A stretch of DNA of 64,000 nucleotides from Salpingoeca rosetta (lineage: Eukaryota > Protista > Choanoflagellata). The stretch is from assembly GCA_033442325.1 (NCBI GenBank), contig JAWQFM010000033.1, positions 62,001 to 126,000 on the forward strand, in the 5' to 3' direction. Positions 50,512-64,000 of this stretch are shown here, in pieces; positions within the stretch are counted from its first letter, which is position 1, and each line of letters starts with the position of its first letter. Made by a program: the position numbers and the translations under genes. The notes under the pieces are model-generated. The model made no database searches. It worked only from the letters and a program-made list of their open reading frames with translations, and had not been told where the DNA came from.

Positions 50512-51172
50512 GAGTAACAAACGCACCGTGCAGTCGTGCGATATGCAAGCCGACACCACAAATACAAATCAAAACAAACTGGCGAGTCCTTCCGATTTTG
50601 TTTACGACAACACAAATAGTAGTGCACAGAAGCAGCGCAACAGAAGAAAACTGAACAAAAAGGCCAACCACCCAGCCAGCAGCTCTCGCTGACAAACGCT
50701 TGCTTGCTGAGTGATCAAGCGACGCTGTGCCGCTCACATCACAACATCACATCGTCGTTGTTGCGCGAGGAGCACCACACACGAACAGACACCGCCTGTT
50801 CGCCCTTGTTCACGCGTTAGTGATCGTGAAGCCTTGGTGAGTATAGCAACGCCAAAGGCGTTCTTTGTTCGTGGACAGTCGTCTTCTTCTTCTTCTTCTT
50901 CTTCGACAGAGAGAGAACTGTGCTTGTTTGTCTCGTCGTCCACCACAATAATGCGACAATGTTATCGTTGTCGTTGTGTCGTGTTGGCCGTTTCTGTTTG
51001 TGAACACGTGTGTGTATGCGTGTGTGTGTTGTGTCTGGATGAGTTCTTCTACGTTCTCTTGTCTACACGCGCGCGTACAAACATGTGTGTGTGTGTAGCC
51101 CAGTTCATTCATTTTTCCCTTGCTCATTCGCTGGATGGTTCTTCACACCTGACGCGTTCGTCCCGTGCCATC

Positions 51173-56359
<5,187 letters not shown>

Positions 56360-56365
56360 TACGTG

Positions 56366-56468
<103 letters not shown>

Positions 56469-56469
56469 G

Positions 56470-56500
<31 letters not shown>

Positions 56501-57155
56501 CCGCGCACACACACACACACACGCAGCACACACACACACACACGCGCGCGCACACACACACACAGCACCAACCTCTTCTTCGCCATTTCCTTGCCCTTTT
56601 GCCCATCGTTCCTTCCTTCCACCCGCCTGCCCAATCTCTTGTTCTTCTCTTTCGCTTCCCAAGCGTGTTGATGGTTGTCACAGCCAACCTTCCCCCTCCC
56701 GCAACGGTTGTTGCTGTTGGTTGTGGTGGTTGTTGCTGGCCTACACTGTTGCTTCTGTCGACTGTCACTGCCTTCCTTGTCTCCCGCGTCTCCAGTTCAT
56801 GTGTTACCCAATAATGCCTCTTTCGTTCTCTGGTTGTTGTCAACACTAGACACCACACAGTGTGTGGTGGACGTGTTGGGTGTGATTTTCAAATTTTCGG
56901 TTCCCCCCGTTTCTGTGTTATGGCCTTTGTCTTCTGGTCGTTCGCTTGTGTTCACGACTACGCCAACCACCACCACACGTGCAGCCAGAACCACCACCAA
57001 CCAGCACATCCAACCACCGCTACACTTGTTTGCCACACTGTTCTCCTCTCTCCCCCACAGGGTTTGGTGGGTGTCTCTCCTTTCGTTGGCGTATCAACAC
57101 GTCCTATTTCCTGGAATTCTCTCTCTCTCTCATTGTGTTGACGCTGCTGCTGCTG

Positions 57156-57198
<43 letters not shown>

Positions 57199-57568
57199 CG
57201 CACGCACATCTGTACACGTCATCCAACCACAAGCACACTGCATTGAAACGTGCATTGCTTCTGTATCCATTGTCTTGCTCGTCGCTCACGAACGCTGTCA
57301 TATCCACACACACACATACACACATACACACCTCTGTGACTGTTGTTTTTCACGCTGCTCATTTTCTCCAACGTTCATTTTCTCGCTTGACCATATCTGC
57401 CATCGCTGCTCTCCCTGCTCTGCCCTTTACACATTCCCCGCATACCACACCGCATATCACCACCACATACGACACCGCTTTTCTCTTACCCTTTTGCCTT
57501 TCCTCTCCTTGTCCCTCCCCCCTCTCGTTTCCCATCCTCCCTTGTCTTCTGTTTCGTTCGTCGTCACA

Positions 57569-59493
57569 ATGCCTCCCTCCCCCCGCACCGTTGCTTCCGT
57601 CTCTCCCTCCCCCACCTTCTTCGTCTTCCCCTCGCCCTCCACCTCCCCTGCGCACCACCGCCCTGCTCTCCTGCCAACACCAACCACCTCCGCACCCTTC
57701 CAACCCCTGCCTGCACCCATGCTGCCACGCATCCCCCTGCCCACGGCTCCCGTTACCGCGCCCCCGCCTGCCTCGGCCCGCCCACCGCTCTTCATCACGC
57801 CCCCGCCCTGGCCAACTCCCGGGACCTCCATGGCCCCTCCCTTCCCTCCTCCGTCTCATCTCCATGCTGTCGCCACGCAACCGCACGTCGTGCAACCGTG
57901 CCCCCGATACCACCACCACCACCACCACCACGGACCACACCACCGCGACCGCCCCCGCCGCCGCAACCGCAACCATCATCGTCGCCGTGCCTCTGGCAAC
58001 AACAACACCACCACCAACAACAACACCACAAACAACACCACCAACAACAACAACACTACCAACAACACCACCAACAACAACACCACCAACAACAACACCA
58101 CAAACAACACCACCAACAACAACAACACCACCAACAACACCACTAACGACGACAACAATGACACAACCACCACCACCACCACCACGACGACGAAAACAAA
58201 AACCACAAAAACCACAAAAACCACAAAAACCACAAAAACGACAACAACAACAACGACCAATGCGCCACCGTCCTCATCGTCTGCATCACCTCCTGTTGGC
58301 TCAACCACGCGCACCACAATCGAAACGTTTGAAACGATTGAAACGACGACAACACCGCTACCTGTTCGTCTTCCTTCATCGACGCCATCATCGTCATCTC
58401 GATCGTCTGCGTCACTCGCTCTTCCCCAACCCTTCAACACCAACCCCAACGCCAACGCCAACACCAACACCAACACCAACACCAACGCTGCCGTTGTCGC
58501 CTGTGGGGAGCAGTGGCAGAGGGAGGACGATGCGCTCATCTCCGTGCCGGACAGCACGGAATATGTTGGTCTGAGCATTGACGACTCATTCAGGCGCGCA
58601 CGCCTGTCCAAGCAGGCAGCTTCCTCGTCCTCGAATGCTTGCATGCAAGCATCAGCCAGGAAGAAGGACAGTGGCACAACGACTGCAGACGGCAAGGAGG
58701 AGGGCGGTGATGGGCGTGGCGACCGAAGTGCCTCTGAGGGCGATGAAGGGACCCAGCCAGCCTCACCACTCGAGCCGACAACCTCTGACGTGGCACTCGG
58801 GTTTTTGACGGAGGAGGAGCTGGTTGCGATGCGGGCAGAGAAGCAGCAGCGCGACGGCGAGGGCAGTGATGAGGAGGTGATGGGTGTGAAACAGGATGGA
58901 GAGGGGAAGGGTGATGACGACCAGGGCACGAAGCGAGAGGCCGTTGGTGGCGATATCAGCCAGCCCACAGCTGTGGCAGACACGGTACCACCTCAGCAGC
59001 AGCCACCAGTGCCACAGCAGCAGGGGTACCCTTACTCTTACTCGTATTCATATCCACCACCGCCATTCCACCAGCCGCACCAACAGCACCAGCACCAGGT
59101 GCCATATCCTTTCCAGCCGTATGCCCCGGCCCAGCAACAGCCCCCAATGCACATGCACCCCCAGCAACAACCCCTGCCTCCACAGCACCACCACCAGCAG
59201 CACCAGCAGCAACAGCAGCAAAATGTGTACGGTACCCAGGCTGCCGCGACGCCGGAGCAGATTGAGTTCGGGGCGTTCCTGCAGCAGCACTTTCCCCACC
59301 TCCTGCACCCGAGCACACCGGAGCCGCAGTTCAAGGACATCTACTTCCGCTACTTTCTCCCGCACAAACAACAACAACAACAACAGCAGCAGCAGCAGCA
59401 GGGTGAGCAAGGACAAGGACTGGGACAGTCACCACAGGCTCATCAAAGTGCACCACCACCACCACCACAACAACAACAGCAACAACAACAACA

Positions 59494-59530
<37 letters not shown>

Positions 59531-59837
59531 TTGGCGTCTTCAGCGAAGCCAGTGCAGTCCTCTTCCCAAGATCGTGGTCAGCAGAACACCACCGCCGCCA
59601 CCACCACCGCCCACGGCGATGGGGAGGTTGATGAGGATGGTGAGGAGGTGCCGATGTGGCTGCAGGTCCAGCGGTACCGCATGTCGCCGCCGCCACCAGA
59701 GGCGTACACGGACCACGAGGCCAAGATGCGCTACATCCGCGGCTACCGGGACGGCCAGAGCGCCGAGGAGAGGGCGCACAGACGCAACCTGCTGCTTGAG
59801 AGCGTACGTCGAGCAAAGTTGTGAATGGGGAGGAGGC

Positions 59838-59906
<69 letters not shown>

Positions 59907-60842
59907 GCGTGTGCGTGTGTGTGTGTGCGTGTGCGTGTGCGTGTGCGTGTGCGTGTGTGTGTGGGGGGGGGGGTGAGGGGTGTTGGCAGGAATTAGATGC
60001 AGCTTGGAGGGGGCGCTGGTGGAGGAGGTGGTACAAAAGGCGGAAATCAGTGAGTGTGGGGTGTTGCGCTTGTGTGGTGCTTGCTCTGCATATGTCCTCA
60101 CTGTGCTCTATTCAATGACATCTTGTTTTGTTGCCACACCCCGATGTTGGTCGTCTTTGCCTTGTGGCTGCACAGATGCTGCACAAGCCGCTTCCAGATG
60201 AGCTGCAGCACCTGCGGGGCCGAGAGAGGCGCCAGGTACCTTTCACACGCACACACGCTCGTCTGTTTGCTCGCTGCTTTGTGTGTGTGTGTGTGGGGGG
60301 GGGGGTGTACGTGTGTGCATGGGTGTGTGTGTGTGTGTGTGTGTCTTCAGCCGTGCCATCTGTTTCTCACGTTGTTTTGTTTCGGTGTTCAAATGGATAC
60401 AGGCCGTTTTCTTGCAGCATTTTTCGGAGCGCGAAGAACCGCTTCGCCAGCTTGTCATGGTGTGTATTTGTGTTAAGTGTGTGTGTGTGTGTGTGTGTGC
60501 GTGACTTTCCTGTTTCCTGTTTCCTGTTTCCCGTTTCCCGCTTCCCGTTCTATGTGATGTGTGATGTGTGATGCGCACCACTTGACTGCTCACGTCCCCG
60601 ATGTTGCTGTTGGTTCGCTTTGGTGACAGCTGCTTGGCGGCGAAATGCCGGAAGAACTGCGAAAGGAACTTGAAGAGGAGCAGGAGCAGATGCGGCGGCA
60701 GATGCAGGAAGAGCAGCAACAGAACCAAGGCAGCGGCAACGACGATGCTGCTGGTGCTGGCGAAGATGGCAAGGAAGACAAGGAAGACAAGGAAGACAAG
60801 GAAGACGCCGACAATGAGGTTGTGGGTCAAGAGACAGAGTGA
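57569..60842 (+). CDS. Hypothetical P/T/N/Q-rich protein (~850 aa). Exons 57569-59803, 60176-60235, 60403-60459, 60630-60842
   Basis: Long ORF plus three phase-0 GT-AG exons ([20 protein letters not shown] / [19 protein letters not shown] / [16 protein letters not shown]...ETE*). The start codon is uncertain and no family was recognised. Confidence 0.6.
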
Positions 60843-61173
60843 GTGATGTGTGCGTGTGCCGTTTGACGACGAGTGCGTGCTGCTGCACTGCTGCTTGTTG
60901 CGCACGACTTGCTGGTGTTTGACTTTGAACCTCATATTCTTAAAATGGACCATTTCTGTCATTTCCGTATCCATAAACAAGTTACACATGAAATGAGGCT
61001 GTGAGGATGATGTCACGACTGCTCCTTCTGCATTCGCGAATGCCCACGAAGACGAGCAGCCGACACGTGCATGAGGTGAGATGACGTTGGCAGCACAAAT
61101 GTGGTGGTGGTGGTCGGTGCTTGGTGTTTGTTCTTTTGTCGCACACACATTGTTACAACACCCACAGTGTCAC

Positions 61174-61257
<84 letters not shown>

Positions 61258-61288
61258 CCAGCAAGAGGCTTGAGTGTGCACCTTGAAG

Positions 61289-62287
61289 ATGGCTGACCAA
61301 CAGCACCAGCACGATGAGGACGTGACCATTGTGGACGTGGACTCTGTCGTGCCGAGCAGGCCGTCCGCGAGCAGCGTGACGACATACGAGGACTCGGCCG
61401 CCGGCACCAAGCGCACGACGTTCTCCACCACACCAGAGGCTCGCCAAAGCAGCAACACGAGCGTGTCAAACCCGCAGCAGGAGCGGAAGGAGGCTGCTGC
61501 CAGGTACTTTGACGGCGATGAGGACCTCGTGTTCGACCCGCGCCTGCTGGAGGCTTCCACTGGCAGCATGCTCGGCGGTGCCAAGAACGAGCATGTCGTG
61601 GAGATGAACGGCGATGGCGGCAGCCATGGCCAGCCGTCGTTTGCCGACGTGGACAGCACGCGCCACCCAACTGTCCTGCAGTTTTCCGACGTCAAGTACG
61701 AAGTCGACGTCACTGTCAACAAGCAGAAGGTGTGTATTGGTTTGAGAGAGAGTGTGTGTGTGTGTGTGTGTGTGTGTTTATGTGGGGAAAGGTGGGGGGA
61801 TATCATGTGTATTGGTTTGTGAGTGAGAGAGGGTGTGTGCGTGTGTGGAGGAAGCGGGGGATGTCGTTTGTATTGGTGCGTGCTTGTGTTTGTGCGCGCG
61901 AACGTGTTAATGTATGTTTATGGCGTACGCCTTGCATGTGAGCGCAATGCATGTGAACACATCAACGTCTTGTGTTTGCACACGTACTGTCCCACTTTGC
62001 GCTGGTGTGGAGTTGTCTCACGCCGCATTCTCCCCTCTCACGCCACAAACTAACGCTTTGTGTCGTGCACCCTCCAGACGGTCAAGCCCATCCTGAAAGG
62101 GCTGAGCGGGCAGGTGAAGCCTGGTCAAGTGCTCGCCATCATGGGCGCATCCGGCGCTGGTCAGTGCAGATGTGGGAGTGCACACGTACGAGACGCTGTG
62201 GTTCTGTGATTGGTTTTCCTCGAGTGTGTTTTGACTTGTGCAATTGAGAAGCGCCCTTGCTCCTGCTCTCTCACCTGCACATACTGA

Positions 62288-62377
<90 letters not shown>

Positions 62378-64000
62378 ACACACAGGCAAGACGACGCTGT
62401 TGAACATGCTGGCTGGTCGGCTGTCAGCGGCCGGGCACGGGCGCAGCAGCGGCTCCATCCTGGTCAACGGGCAGAAGCGAAACTTCAACACGTTCCGGCA
62501 GATCAGCGCGTATGTGTTGCAGCAGGACAGCTTCTTTGCCACGCTCACCGTCCGCGAGACCATCACCCTCTCGGCCATGCTGCGGTTGCCTGCAAGCATG
62601 ACGCAGGAAGAGAAGCTGATGCGCGTGGACAGCGTGATTGCAGAGCTTGGGCTGGCTAAGTGTGCAGACACGTTTGTGGGCAATGAGCTGATTCGCGGCG
62701 TCTCTGGTGGCGAGAAGAAACGCGTCAACGTCGGCACAGAGCTCGTCACCAACCCTTCGTACGTCTGTACGCATGCGTACATGTTGGGGTGCTACGGCTG
62801 ATGTCTGCGTGTGCACGTGGGTGGGTGTTGTTGTGTGTGTGTGTGTGTGTGTCTGTGTCTGTGTCTTTTCATTGCCATGTGTGTGCTCACTCATTGTTGT
62901 GCGTGTGTGTGTGTGTGTGTGATCAGGTTGGTGTTCCTTGACGAACCAACGTCGGGCCTCGATTCATTCAATGCACAGAATGTCATGCAGACGCTGCTCA
63001 CCCTCGCCAAGAGCAACCGCACCATCATCGCCACCATCCACCAGGTACAGGCTTGTGCGTATGTGTGTGTGTGCATGTGTGTGCATGTGTTTGTGTTAAT
63101 GTGTGTGTGTCTGTGTGATTCGTGCCTTGCTCTCGTTACTTCAACTCACCAACATCATCACCACCGCCCTCGCCACCATCGTCGCCACCAGCCGCGCTCG
63201 TCCATCTTCCAGATGTTTGACCTGCTGCTCCTTCTCTCGGAGGGCCACACCATGTACTTTGGGCCCGCAGCAGACGCCGTCAGTTGCCCCGTGTTTGTGT
63301 CTGTTTGAGTGTGTGTGTGTGTGTGTGTGTGTGCTGCTTGTGTGTTGTGTGTGTGTTGCTTGTGTGTTGTGTGTTGCTTGTTGTGTGTTGTTCTTCTTGT
63401 TTGCACACCAAGCATTGTCACGAATGCACCGCATTCCCTCGTTTCATGTCGCTCTCTTATCAGCATATCCCCCTCTCCTCTCCTCTCACCACCACCTCGA
63501 CCTTGACGGCAGGTTGGCTACTTTGGCAGCATTGGGTATGGGTGCCCGGACGAGTTCAACCCTGCCGACTACTTCCTCGACCTCGTGTCGCTCGACCAGC
63601 GCAACCCGCGCGCCCTCGACGCCACAAGGAAGCGCATTTCTTTCCTCAGCGAGCGGTTTGAGGAGCACCAGCAGCGGCACCCGGTCGTCACAGACGTGTC
63701 TGACGTCATCTCCCAGCACGAGAAGGACTTGCTTGCAAGCAACAGCGGCGAGGGCAGCGGCCGTGCCCCGGCCAAGTACAACACGTCGTTTCTGCGGCAG
63801 TTTGTGCTGTTGTACCAGCGCTCGCTCAAGGCGATGGCACGGGAGAAGATTGACAACATTGCGCGGCTCGGGCAGACGGTTGTGTTTTCGATCATCCTTG
63901 GCATCATCTGGCTGAACGAGGGCGGGAGTGGGGACTCGTCGTCGGTGCAGGCCATTGCCGGCGCCATGTTCTTCCTCCTCATCAACCAGTCGTTCAGCGG
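61289..64000 (+). CDS. ABCG/White-type half ABC transporter, 3' truncated. Exons 61289-61729, 62078-62159, 62386-62758, 62927-63044, 63192-63278, 63513->64000
   Basis: Walker A GASGAGKT, Q-loop AYVLQQD, signature VSGGEKKRV, Walker B/D-loop LVFLDEPTSGLD, H-loop TIHQP, NPADYFLD, then the start of the TM domain (NBD-before-TMD order of ABCG). Confidence 0.95.

Noticed and set aside
56675-57568. N-terminal 298 codons of the 1049-aa ORF
   Set aside because: Starts at TTG and runs through (CA)n and CT-rich UTR-like sequence; the ATG at 57569 is a more plausible start.

Overview
Eukaryotic, intron-rich genomic DNA with GT-AG introns full of (CA)n/(GT)n microsatellites and exons rich in poly-Q/T/D. 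The gene content and style suggest a choanoflagellate, most like Salpingoeca rosetta (inference, not verified). I reconstructed about 12 genes by hand using splice-phase checks: (1) the 3' part of a ROCO GTPase (Roc-COR) fused to a C-terminal PARP-type ADP-ribosyltransferase domain with an intact H-Y-E triad; (2) a receptor guanylyl cyclase with a PhnD-like solute-binding ectodomain, TM, kinase and cyclase, whose middle exons appear to be missing from the assembly; (3) a UBE2D/Ubc4 E2 enzyme; (4) a very large (~4,050 aa) GCN2 eIF2-alpha kinase with a frame break near its end; (5) an intronless, bacterial-looking GNAT acetyltransferase; (6) a ~1,970 aa PAN-repeat/SEA membrane mucin with a protein-4.1-binding-like motif and a PDZ-like tail; (7) a probable ATG13; (8) the 5' part of an ABCG/White transporter; and several orphan genes. 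No rRNA, tRNA, CRISPR array or recognisable transposon was seen. The best candidate for an undescribed system is the ROCO-PARP fusion. All domain calls come from motif recognition by eye; no searches were run.
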